DNA from: Candidatus Saccharimonas sp. | GTDB taxonomy: Bacteria; Patescibacteriota; Saccharimonadia; Saccharimonadales; Saccharimonadaceae | Direction of reading: 5' to 3' | Assembly: GCA_015256915.3 (NCBI GenBank) | Contig: CP076101.2 | Span: forward strand, 540,001 to 572,000 | DNA length: 32,000 nt | In this document: positions 1 through 8,490 of the stretch, piece after piece | How positions within the stretch are numbered: position 1 is the stretch's first letter | How the letters are laid out: every line of letters starts with the position of its first letter | Program-made: the position numbers and the translations under genes | Notes under the pieces: model-generated | Database searches by the model: none | The model's input: only the letters and a program-made list of their open reading frames with translations | Told to the model about the DNA's origin: nothing

Positions 1-1175
1 CCCTAAAACAAGCAAACGAAGCGCTTTCTCGTGGCTCACGTGTTTTAGCTTTGGCTTTCTCAAAAGAAAAAATAGATAATAAAAATATTAAAATACCTGC
101 AAAAATATCAAAACTCGCCTTAATAGAAATCACCGACCCAATTCGCGAAGGAGCACGCGAGACACTCGAATACCTACGCTCGCAAAAAATTGATCTCAAA
201 ATTATCTCTGGCGATAATCCGATAACAGTTTCAAATATCGCAAGAAAAGCTGGTTTTGATAATTTCGAAAGTTATGTTGATTGCTCAAAAGTAAAAGATT
301 CTGAGCTCAAAAAAATCGCTGTAGGAACTGCAATTTTTGGTCGAGTTTCACCGCACCAAAAAAAGCTAATTGTCCAAACTCTTAAAAAAGCGGGCCGCAC
401 GACTGCAATGACTGGCGATGGCGTGAATGATATTTTAGCCCTACGCGAGGCGGATTGTTCAATTGTGATGGCTGAGGGTGATCCCGCAACGAGACAAATC
501 GCAAACCTCGTCTTGCTCAATTCTGATTTTAATGATTTACCAGAAATTCTTTTTGAAGGGCGCCGAGTCGTAAATAATATTGCTAGAATTGCACCAATTT
601 TCTTGATTAAAACGATCTATTCATTCATTTTGGCGATTATCTGTATTTTAAGTGCTCTATTATTTGATAAAAATCTTCTCTTAATTTTCCCGTTCATTCC
701 AATTCAAGTTACATTGATCGACCAGTTTGTTGAGGGCTTCCCACCTTTTGTTCTCACCTTCGAGAAGAATATTCAACCCGTTGAAAAAGATTTTATTAAA
801 AAATCACTCCTAATGGCCTTACCTAGTGCGTTAATGGTGGTATTCTCGGTTATTTTCGTAAGAATTTGGGGTTCACTTAATGGCTGGATTCCTCAAGAAA
901 TTTCGACAGTCTTGTATTATTTACTCGGTTCAATCGGAATGCTCTCAGTAATTCGCGCTTGCCTACCACTTAATTTCTGGAGAATCCTTCTTATTATTTG
1001 GTCAATCAGTGCGTTTATAGTAACCGCAATTCTCTTTAGACCACTGATTGAAATCGGCGTGCTTTCAGGGCGTACTTTCGAACTTTACGCAATACTAATG
1101 ATATTTTTTGCCATAATTTTTATTGTGATTGAGTGGTTGAAAAAACGTTCGAAAAGTGATACAATTAAAGCATAA
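1..1175 (+). CDS. P-type cation-transporting ATPase, C-terminal part (5' end upstream of window)
   Basis: The frame is open from nt 3, and the M at 51 in the ORF track is an internal TTG. The hinge motif MTGDGVNDILALREAD (GDGxND) is followed by several hydrophobic helices. Confidence 0.85.
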   Translation, partial: LKQANEALSRGSRVLALAFSKEKIDNKNIKIPAKISKLALIEITDPIREGARETLEYLRSQKIDLKIISGDNPITVSNIARKAGFDNFESYVDCSKVKDSELKKIAVGTAIFGRVSPHQKKLIVQTLKKAGRTTAMTGDGVNDILALREADCSIVMAEGDPATRQIANLVLLNSDFNDLPEILFEGRRVVNNIARIAPIFLIKTIYSFILAIICILSALLFDKNLLLIFPFIPIQVTLIDQFVEGFPPFVLTFEKNIQPVEKDFIKKSLLMALPSALMVVFSVIFVRIWGSLNGWIPQEISTVLYYLLGSIGMLSVIRACLPLNFWRILLIIWSISAFIVTAILFRPLIEIGVLSGRTFELYAILMIFFAIIFIVIEWLKKRSKSDTIKA

Positions 1176-1200
1176 ACTGAATAAAAGGAGTATCTGAAAA

Positions 1201-1554
1201 ATGACAATAGACCAACAGTTTGTTGAATATATCGTTAAGAATTTAGTTGAAAATCCAGAAGACGTAAAAGTTGAACGCACAATTGACGAGAAAGGTGTTT
1301 TATTAACTTTGACCGTGAATAAAGAAGACCTAGGCCGAATTATCGGTCGCCGTGGAGCAACTGCACAAAGCCTTCGTGCGCTTCTTCGAGCTCTGGCACT
1401 AAAAAATAATGCTCATTATAATCTAAAAATTAGCGATAGTAAAGAAAAAACTGAAGCTGTGGAAAATTCAACAGATACACCTGTGGAAAACACAAACACT
1501 TTCGCAGAACAAACTCGAAAAGAGCTTGCAGAATTAGACGACATTGCGTTATAA
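1201..1554 (+). CDS. KH-domain RNA-binding protein (YlqC/KhpA-like) with a low-complexity C-terminal tail
   Basis: Contains VKNLVENPEDVKVE...LTVNKEDLGRIIGRRGATAQSLRALL, including the GxxG KH motif. An AAAAGGAG Shine-Dalgarno sequence lies 8 nt upstream. Confidence 0.8.
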   Translation: MTIDQQFVEYIVKNLVENPEDVKVERTIDEKGVLLTLTVNKEDLGRIIGRRGATAQSLRALLRALALKNNAHYNLKISDSKEKTEAVENSTDTPVENTNTFAEQTRKELAELDDIAL

Positions 1555-1560
1555 TATAAA

Positions 1561-1608
1561 CAGTTCAGTTCGAAATCTGTTGTGGAGTTTTAGATTTCGA
1601 AAGAACTG
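1561..1608. other. Long imperfect stem-loop (6 bp + internal loop + 10 bp) with a TTCGAA in each arm
   Basis: cagttcAGttcgaaatct (1561-1578) pairs with agatttcgaaAgaactg (1592-1608). No T-run follows, so it is not a canonical terminator. Confidence 0.5.
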
Positions 1609-1676
1609 CGGAAAAAACAAAAAAGTCAAAGCTCTATGCGAGCAAACTAAGGAAAGTTTGAGAGCTTATACTTGTT

Positions 1677-1710
1677 AAAAATCTAGCCATAATATCTTGG
1701 CTGGATTTTT
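1677..1710 (+). terminator. Rho-independent terminator candidate after the KH gene
   Basis: aaaatctagcca / tggctggatttt stem with one G.T pair, followed by a T-run. Confidence 0.5.
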
Positions 1711-1759
1711 AGTTTGTCTATTTTGCAAAAAAATCTAAAAAATGGTAAAATAAGTTAAT

Positions 1760-2401
1760 ATGAAAATTCAAGTAATCACTCTCTTCCCTGAAATGTTCGA
1801 ACCAGTTTTAAATAATGCAATGATGTGGAAGGCACAAAATCAAAATGTAGTTTCTTTTGAAATTATTAATTTACGTGATTTTGGTATTGGGATGCGCAAG
1901 CAAGTTGATGACATTCCCTATGGTGGAGGAGATGGAATGCTCTTAAAACCAGAACCTCTTTTCGAAGCAGTCGAGTTTGCAAAAAAAAATTCACCAAATG
2001 CAAAAATTATTGCAATGACTCCAAGTGAAAATGTCTGGAATCAAGAAAAAGCCCAAGAAAAAGCTAATTCTGGCGAAGATTTAATTATTTTATGTGGACG
2101 ATATGAAGGGTTTGATTCACGAATTTTCAAAATTGTTGATGAAAAAATAAGTATTGGTAAATTTATTTTAACTGGTGGTGAAATTCCTGCAATGGCAATA
2201 ATCGATAGTGTAGTCCGCCTGATTCCCGGCGTACTTGGTGGCGAAAAATCAGCTGAAATTGAAAGCTATTCAGATGGTGATAATCTGGAATTTCCACAAT
2301 TTACAAGACCGGCAGATTTCCGCGGAATGAAAGTTCCAGAAGTTTTATTGAGCGGACATCACGCTAAAATCGAAGAATGGCGAAAAAAATATTCAAAATA
2401 G
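1760..2401 (+). CDS. trmD: tRNA (guanine37-N1)-methyltransferase
   Basis: Has the typical TrmD N-terminus MKIQVITLFPEMFEP and the ILCGRYEGFDSR and SIGKFILTGGE motifs. Length is 213 aa. Confidence 0.9.
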   Translation: MKIQVITLFPEMFEPVLNNAMMWKAQNQNVVSFEIINLRDFGIGMRKQVDDIPYGGGDGMLLKPEPLFEAVEFAKKNSPNAKIIAMTPSENVWNQEKAQEKANSGEDLIILCGRYEGFDSRIFKIVDEKISIGKFILTGGEIPAMAIIDSVVRLIPGVLGGEKSAEIESYSDGDNLEFPQFTRPADFRGMKVPEVLLSGHHAKIEEWRKKYSK

Positions 2402-2411
2402 ATTTTTTTGC

Positions 2412-2440
2412 TTGATTTTTCGAAATATATGCGTTATAAT
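2412..2440 (+). promoter_or_regulatory. Sigma70-type promoter for tRNA-Pro
   Basis: TTGATT, a 17-nt spacer, then TATAAT, ending 23 nt before the tRNA 5' end. Confidence 0.55.
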
Positions 2441-2463
2441 GGTTGTATATTTCGAGTTAATCT

Positions 2464-2540
2464 CGGGGTGTGGCGCAGTTGGCTAGCGCGCGCGGTTTGG
2501 GACCGTGAGGTCGAAGGTTCGAGTCCTTTCACCCCGACCA
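2464..2540 (+). tRNA. tRNA-Pro (anticodon UGG), CCA encoded
   Basis: Manual cloverleaf: acceptor CGGGGTG/CACCCCG, D stem GCGC, anticodon stem CGCGG/CCGTG with loop TTTGGGA, T arm GAAGG-TTCGAGT-CCTTT. Confidence 0.9.
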
Positions 2541-2600
2541 ATACAAGATTGTTACAGGCATAACTTTGACGAGTTATGTCTTTTTTATTATGGAATAATA

Positions 2601-2629
2601 TTGACTTTCTAAAAAACTTATGCTATAAT
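2601..2629 (+). promoter_or_regulatory. Near-consensus promoter upstream of the carbamate kinase pseudogene
   Basis: TTGACT, a 17-nt spacer, then TATAAT. A 41-nt leader ends in AAAAGGAAAAATAAATG. Confidence 0.6.
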
Positions 2630-2670
2630 TTACTTTATATTATTAAATTAAAAACAAAAAGGAAAAATAA

Positions 2671-3602
2671 ATGTCAAAAATTGTTGTTGCACTTGGTGGC
2701 AATGCTTTACAAAAAAAAGGTGAATTAACTGCAAAGATTCAAGAAGAAGTTGCAAAAGAAACAGTTCAAAAGCTTATTCCTCTCATTAAAGACGGTCATG
2801 AACTAGTGATTGTTCATGGTAATGGCCCACAGGTTGGAAATCTAATCCTTCATGAAGAAGCCGGAAATTCACCTTCAACCCCTGCTATGCCCCTTCATGT
2901 TAGCGTGGGAATGACTCAGGGAATGATTGGCTATTGGATCCAAAAATCCTTAAAAGAAGAACTTTCAAAAAACGGAATTTCGAAAAATGCTACAACCATT
3001 TATTACCAAGTGGAAGTTTCGAAAAATGACCCAAGCTTTCAAAAACCCAACCAAACCAATTGGCCCATTCTATTCAGAAGAAGAAGCTAAAGGTTGCAGC
3101 CAAAAAGGCTATGTCGTTAAAGAAGATTCTGGTCGCGGATGGCGGCGAGTTGTTCCTTCACCAAAACCAATCATATTCTTGAGAGTGATGCGATTATTGA
3201 CTTTATGAAAACTGGCGCAATTGTTATAGCGGCCGGCGGTGGTGGAATTCCAGTGATTTCAAATGGAGAAAATTCTTTCGAAGGAGTTGACGCTGTGATT
3301 GATAAAGACTTCGCCGCAGGGCTTTGGCTGAAAAATTAACGCCGATACACTATTAATTTTTAGCAGTGGTCGATAACATTATGATTAATTATGGAAAAAG
3401 AAAATCAACAAGCTTTGGGTGTAATTTCAACAGAAGAAACGAAATATAAACAACGAAAACCCAATTCGGTGCAGGCTCAATGTTGCCAAAAGGTCAAGCT
3501 TCATAAATTCACAAAAACTGGTGGAAAAGCCCAGTTGTTACGACCTCGAAAATACTCAGGATGCAAATTTCGAAAAATCTTGGAACAGTAATTACACAAT
3601 AA
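2671..3602 (+). pseudogene. arcC: Carbamate kinase, disrupted by at least 9 frame changes
   Basis: Carbamate kinase motifs are recognisable but spread over all three frames: [106 protein letters not shown]. The frame order I traced (start coordinate mod 3) is 1,2,1,0,2,1,0,1,2,0. The length of 932 nt is not a multiple of 3. Confidence 0.85.
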
Positions 3603-3607
3603 AACCT

Positions 3608-3639
3608 AAAATTAGCCTTTCGAAAGATCGGCTAATTTT
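3608..3639. terminator. Bidirectional-looking terminator hairpin between convergent arcC and pyk
   Basis: Perfect 10-bp stem aaaattagcc/ggctaatttt. The loop tttcgaaagatc carries TTTCGAAA, and a T-run follows. Confidence 0.65.
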
Positions 3640-3701
3640 ATTTGATTAATATAAATAAAAATAAGCGTTCCTACTTGAAACGCGCATCTTGTTTTATAAA
3701 A

Positions 3702-5140
3702 TTAGATTGTTCGAACGCGAATTGTATCGGTTCCACCAACTAATCCAGGTTGACGGCCAGAAACAATAGCAACTGTTGCTTTTCTTTGACACCAAATGTT
3801 CCATTGGCACCAGTTCTTTTGCAAGTTCAAGACCAGCAAATTCACCATCTGGGCGGATGAAGCTTCGGGTTGCATAATTCAAAACAAGTTGTTGGGCAAC
3901 ACGATTGGAGCTTGTTACAGCATAAATTGGAAGTGCTGGGCGGTTTTTGCGGCGGCGATTGCAGCAGTTTGTCCAGATTTAGTTTCAACGATTAAAGCAT
4001 CTGCATTAATTTGCTCAAGCTCAACTGCAGCAAGAGAAATTGCATTTAAACTTCATCTTCACCGCGCTCAACAATATCATCAATTGGTGAAACTGCTGCA
4101 AGGTACTCTTGAGTATACATAATAACATCACGCATAGCTTTCACAGTTTCTTCTGGGTATTTACCAGTCGCAGACTCATCTGAAAGCATTACAACATCAG
4201 CACCTTGAATTACAGCGTTAGCAACGTCAGAAGCTTCTTGCACGAGGTTGTGGTTAATATCAACTTCATTGAACCCATTGTTTGAGTTGCAACAATTGAA
4301 ATTTTTCCATGCTTCCGACAAGAGCAACAGCTTTTCGTTGGATAATTAGCACACAACTTCTGGAGCAACTTCATAGCCATGCGTCACCACGACAATCATT
4401 ACACCATCCGCTGCGAGAACGATTTTCAAGTTCTTCATCAGAAACGGCTTTTTGGTTTCAATTTAGCAATAACTTGTGCTTCGCGCTATTATTGCTTGCA
4501 AGAAGCTGACGAACATTTTCAGCTATCTTCGGCAGTCTGCACAAAAGCTCATTGCTACGTAATCGATATCTTGAGTTACCGAATTCAAGATCGCATGTCT
4601 TTTTCAGTAATAACATCACCGCCAAAGTCTGTATCTGGCAAGTTTAATTCCTTTTCGGCTCATCAAAGTTCCTTTATTCAAAACTCGCAATTTAATTGCA
4701 GTATTTGAAGGAACTTCAATAACTTCTGTTCGAACTTTTTTGTAACATCGAAAATATAAACAGGCTCACCAACTTTAACCTTTTCAGCCAAATTGTATTG
4801 AACTGGCAAATTAGCCGAACCATGTATGTTGCTGGTGCATAGTCAAGAACCAATTCATCGCCTTCATTAACTTCAAAACGATTATCCACAATATCTCCAA
4901 GACGAATCTTTGGACCTTGCAAATCTTGCAAAATTGCAATTTCGCGACCTAGCTTTTTGCTAATTTCGCAGCGAACTGCTTTAATTTTTTTGCAGCATGC
5001 TCTTCATATGAACCGTGAAGAAATTCAATCGAGCTCCATTGATTCCTGCGTTGATAAGTTTTTCGATCATTTTCAGGGCTGTCGCTTGCTGGGCCGATCG
5101 TAGCCAAAATTTTTGTTCGTTTGTAAACATTATTTTCCAC
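3702..5140 (-). pseudogene. pyk: Pyruvate kinase, disrupted by many frame changes (at least 10 traced in the first ~800 nt)
   Basis: Pyruvate kinase segments lie in different frames: [180 protein letters not shown]. It has a GTG start with an AAGGG Shine-Dalgarno sequence and a TGgTATAAT box upstream. The length of 1439 nt is not a multiple of 3. Confidence 0.85.
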
Positions 5141-5188
5141 TCTTTACCCTTATATATTATACCACTTTTATTTTTATTAAAAAAGGGG

Positions 5189-5217
5189 TTGCATTATTTT
5201 TTAAAGTTTGCTATAAT
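5189..5217 (+). promoter_or_regulatory. Promoter for tRNA-Glu
   Basis: TTGCAT, a 17-nt spacer, then TATAAT, 42 nt upstream of the tRNA. Confidence 0.5.
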
Positions 5218-5259
5218 TAAAACGAGTTGTTGCTTTATCACCCCAAAGCTCAGCTCAAT

Positions 5260-5334
5260 GGTCTTATCGTCTAACGGTTAGGACACCAGGTTTTCATCCT
5301 GGCAATCCGGGTTCGATTCCCGGTAAGATCACCA
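5260..5334 (+). tRNA. tRNA-Glu (anticodon UUC), CCA encoded
   Basis: Acceptor GGTCTTA/TAAGATC, anticodon stem CCAGG/CCTGG with loop TTTTCAT, T arm CCGGG-TTCGATT-CCCGG. Confidence 0.9.
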
Positions 5335-5492
5335 AAAAGAAATTATTTAAAATCACTTTTCGAAAGATTAGTGATTTTTTTAGCTTATCTTAATCTTAAA
5401 AAATATATTCCTTAATATTTATTAAAAATTCTAAATGGAAAAATATATCTTGTAAAAATAAATTTACGTCAATGCATTATGAAAAATAAAAA

Positions 5493-5533
5493 AGCCAAGA
5501 TAAAGTGTTTAAAATAAACATTTTATCTTGGCT
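5493..5533 (-). terminator. Long hairpin terminator abutting and overlapping the 3' end of tRNA-Gln
   Basis: agccaagataaaGtgttta-aaa-taaacaTtttatcttggct forms about 19 bp with one G.T pair. On the minus strand it is followed by a T-run. Confidence 0.65.
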
Positions 5534-5603
5534 GGGATGGAGGGATTCGAACCCCCGAATGCCAGGACCAAAACCTGGTGCCTTACCACTTGGCGACATC
5601 CCA
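5529..5603 (-). tRNA. tRNA-Gln (anticodon UUG), CCA encoded
   Basis: The reverse complement is TGGGATG..CCAGG-TTTTGGT-CCTGG..GGGGG-TTCGAAT-CCCTC..CATCCCA-G-CCA. Confidence 0.9.
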
Positions 5604-5645
5604 ATACCCAACCATTTTACCAAATTATAATCTAAAAATCAAGTA

Positions 5646-6386
5646 CTATCGTGGACATTTTTTAGCAATTTCACGCGCATTTCTGGTGATTTGATCAAGC
5701 AAATTTGCTTTTCGAATATTTTCATAAAGAACTTTAGGCATTTCATAATCTTTATTTTTCAAAGCTTGTTCAATTAAAAATAACGAAATTTTTGGATTTT
5801 TTGGTAAAATTGAGCCGTGTAAATATGTTCCAATCACATTTTTATAAATCGTACCCTCAAAATTTCCGTCAGGTGTATTTCCTGCACCACTTTTAACGCG
5901 CGCCAATGGCTCATTCTCTTTCGAAAGATAAGTTTTTCCGCTATGGTTTTCATAACCAATAATTTCACCAAATTGATCAGATTCTTCAACGATATTGCCA
6001 ATCATTCTCTGTTCACCGCCAACCGTTTTAACACCTTTAAATAAGCAAATACCCTTAATTTTATTGCCATTTACAGTTTCAAAAGAATCACCAAAAAGCT
6101 GGTATAATCCACAAACCATTAGCATTGGTACACCTTTTTTGGCAAGCTTCCGTAAATTTGGTGCAATTTTCAGCAGATCATCTTGAATTTGATTCTGACC
6201 CGAATCCTGACCACCACCGCCAATAATAATATCAACATCATCAGGAAAATCATCTCCAGGATTATATTCAACAATTTCGTATTTTATTCCACGAAGCTCC
6301 ATCTGTTTTTTTAACGCTAAAATATTGCCATAATCACCGTAAATATTCATATTTTTAGCATAAAGCCACAAAATTTTTAAATTCAT
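5646..6386 (-). CDS. gatD: Lipid II isoglutaminyl synthase, glutaminase subunit (CobQ-type GATase)
   Basis: A 246-aa CobB/CobQ-like glutamine amidotransferase (VCGLYQLFG, TYLHGSILPKNP). Its start overlaps the stop of the upstream murT by 4 nt. Confidence 0.8.
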   Translation of the reverse strand: MNLKILWLYAKNMNIYGDYGNILALKKQMELRGIKYEIVEYNPGDDFPDDVDIIIGGGGQDSGQNQIQDDLLKIAPNLRKLAKKGVPMLMVCGLYQLFGDSFETVNGNKIKGICLFKGVKTVGGEQRMIGNIVEESDQFGEIIGYENHSGKTYLSKENEPLARVKSGAGNTPDGNFEGTIYKNVIGTYLHGSILPKNPKISLFLIEQALKNKDYEMPKVLYENIRKANLLDQITRNAREIAKKCPR

Positions 6387-7669
6387 AAAATTTTCTCCAC
6401 TTCTGAAATTTTCGAAAGTTCTTTTCGAATTTCCAACATTGCCGTATAAGTCGCATAAATCCGCTTATCTTTTTTTCCTTTTTCGATAAAATCAATAACA
6501 GATTCAGCGATATCAAGATTCACATTATCTTCCTCAAAATCAACATCATCATGAAAAAGTCGAAGCGCCATATCATAAGCTCGATTACCTGAAATTGTTT
6601 GGACGCCAGAGTGCTTCAAGACTGAAAAATCTACATCCCAAAGCCAGCTCATATCACGGCCATCTGCATAATTATCATTAACCGCAATCATTGTATCATA
6701 TTTATCAGGCTCAAAATTTCGCAAATTTATTCGAAAACCAGCCGGATTTTTAACTAATATAATCTCAACTTCTTTACCATTAATTTTTATTTTCTCACCT
6801 CTACCAAAAGCCGGCTGAATTTTCTCTGCCGTACAAATTACTTTTTGTCGATTGATTTTAAGTTTTTCAGCATTCAGAATCTCTTCAACCAAAGCGATCG
6901 CAGCAGTTAAATTTAAAATATTATGAATCCCACCAATTTTGAGCTTAAACTCATCAGTTTTTCCACCCCAAGAAATTTTTGCAATATTATTCGAAAAATC
7001 CTCAAGCAAAACATTTGCTGAAATTTTTCGACGTGATTTTTTAGAATTTGTTAGATAAATCTCATCATCATTTGGGAAAAAATCTGCCAATTTTTGATTA
7101 AATCCAAACTTAACAACTTTCGAAAATTCTTTCGAAAATTCCTTTTTACCCAAAAAATTATCGTTAGCATTCAAAACGACTGAACCAGAAGTATTTTCAC
7201 CAATCTTATGCAATAATTTTGCAGTATAGTCAATTTCACCAAATCGATCGAGCTGGTCGCGCATCACATTTAAAAGAAGCGAATACCGTGGCTGGATTAA
7301 CTTTACAAAATGAGTCGCATGAGCTTCATCAAGTTCTAGAACGGCAATGTCGGCCTCAAGCTTACCGCTCCAATTAGCTTCAGAAATAATTGCCGCACCC
7401 ACACCACGAACAAAGTTCGAACCAGTTTTATTCGAAAATACATTTAATCCTTGGCTTTCGAGTAGTTCAACAACCATTTTTGTAGTTGTAGTTTTTCCAT
7501 TCGTGCCACTAACTACCACAACACCATATTTTAAGCCATTTAACATGTTCGAAATAAAATTTGGATCAATTTTTTCCATAATAAGCCCAGGCAATGCTGA
7601 ACCACCACCTTTTAATCTTGAAATCGCCTGAATAATTTTTCCAATAATTATCAAAATTCTATTTTTCAT
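6383..7669 (-). CDS. murT: Lipid II isoglutaminyl synthase, Mur-ligase-like subunit
   Basis: Mur ligase P-loop VSGTNGKTTTTKM and a DUF1727-like C-terminus (DGRDMSWLWDVDF), paired with gatD. Confidence 0.8.
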   Translation of the reverse strand: MKNRILIIIGKIIQAISRLKGGGSALPGLIMEKIDPNFISNMLNGLKYGVVVVSGTNGKTTTTKMVVELLESQGLNVFSNKTGSNFVRGVGAAIISEANWSGKLEADIAVLELDEAHATHFVKLIQPRYSLLLNVMRDQLDRFGEIDYTAKLLHKIGENTSGSVVLNANDNFLGKKEFSKEFSKVVKFGFNQKLADFFPNDDEIYLTNSKKSRRKISANVLLEDFSNNIAKISWGGKTDEFKLKIGGIHNILNLTAAIALVEEILNAEKLKINRQKVICTAEKIQPAFGRGEKIKINGKEVEIILVKNPAGFRINLRNFEPDKYDTMIAVNDNYADGRDMSWLWDVDFSVLKHSGVQTISGNRAYDMALRLFHDDVDFEEDNVNLDIAESVIDFIEKGKKDKRIYATYTAMLEIRKELSKISEVEKIL

Positions 7670-8046
7670 TATTTCCTCGGTTTTGTTATGTTTGCATCTC
7701 TACCATAAAAAGGCAGCGCAATTTTGTCATTTTTACCATTCTTCAAGCTTTTGAAAGCAATTTCTCGCCAATTTTCATCACTTTTCACTGCGACAATTGG
7801 AATTTCTAAGCCATCAGCTAAAGTGTTTGCAACTGAAGCTCCAATTCTTAATCCCGTAAAACTCCCCGGCCCCGCAAAAAAACCAATTCCAGTAAAATCT
7901 TCATATTTTTTACCAATAGAATTTAAACATTCCTCTAAAAAAGCCAGAATATCTCGCGCCATGTTTCGGCCTAGTTCTTTTTCGAAAAAGTTTTTATCAA
8001 GCCAAATTTTGCATTTCTCTGTTGATGTATCTAGAAATAAAATCAT
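7669..8046 (-). CDS. tsaB: tRNA t6A biosynthesis protein TsaB (short form, 125 aa)
   Basis: MILFLDTS...GIGFFAGPGSFTGLRIGASVANTLA. It shares a 1-nt overlap with each neighbouring gene. Confidence 0.75.
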   Translation of the reverse strand: MILFLDTSTEKCKIWLDKNFFEKELGRNMARDILAFLEECLNSIGKKYEDFTGIGFFAGPGSFTGLRIGASVANTLADGLEIPIVAVKSDENWREIAFKSLKNGKNDKIALPFYGRDANITKPRK

Positions 8047-8468
8047 TACACTTCTCTCACTTTAACTTTTCTTTGATTTTCATTTAAACTTTCAAAAACC
8101 AGCTTCAAATGTTTTTTTGGTAAAATTTCAGCTAGATCACCAGCCCATTCAACCACTGTTACATTTTTTGGATTACTTAAATTTTCAGCAAGCTCCATTT
8201 CCATAATTCCATAATCATTCAATCTATAAAAATCATAATGCGAAAGCGTTAGTTTCCCTCCTTCATAAACCCGTAATATCGTAAAAGTCGGGCTTTGAAC
8301 CGTTTCGGAAATGCCCAAACCTTTTGCCAAGCCTTTTGTAAAAGTAGTTTTTCCAGCGCCAACATCACCAATAAGTTCTAGAACCATTCCTTCAGAAATT
8401 TGCCTGCCAATTTCTTCACCGAAAGCAATCATTTCATCTGTTGAATTTATTTCTTTTTCAAAATTCAT
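8046..8468 (-). CDS. tsaE: tRNA t6A biosynthesis ATPase TsaE
   Basis: LIGDVGAGKTTFTKGLAKGLGI..VQSPTFTI..HYDFYRL. Confidence 0.85.
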   Translation of the reverse strand: MNFEKEINSTDEMIAFGEEIGRQISEGMVLELIGDVGAGKTTFTKGLAKGLGISETVQSPTFTILRVYEGGKLTLSHYDFYRLNDYGIMEMELAENLSNPKNVTVVEWAGDLAEILPKKHLKLVFESLNENQRKVKVREV

Positions 8469-8490
8469 AATAATATAATTATATCACGTT

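Noticed and set aside
2987-3591. Track ORFs 2987-3208, 3139-3339 and 3391-3591 (and 3694-3882, 3796-4122, 4046-4327, 4309-4708, 4716-4931, 4949-5140, 5015-5281) considered as independent small genes.
   Set aside because: The sense-strand pieces are consecutive fragments of carbamate kinase or pyruvate kinase in shifted frames, and the rest are antisense shadows. I annotated two pseudogenes instead.
2671-5140. Programmed ribosomal frameshifting or recoding as an explanation for the broken arcC and pyk.
   Set aside because: There are roughly ten or more frame changes per gene in both directions, with no common slippery-site or structure pattern. No known recoding mechanism handles that.
5232-5250. 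Possible att-like direct repeat: TCACCCC (with CTTT nearby) upstream of tRNA-Glu echoes the 3' end of tRNA-Pro (CTTTCACCCCGACCA, 2526-2540). This would suggest an integrated island carrying arcC and pyk.
   Set aside because: Only a 7-nt exact match, which is expected about once by chance in this window. There is no integrase or other mobile-element gene, so the evidence is insufficient.
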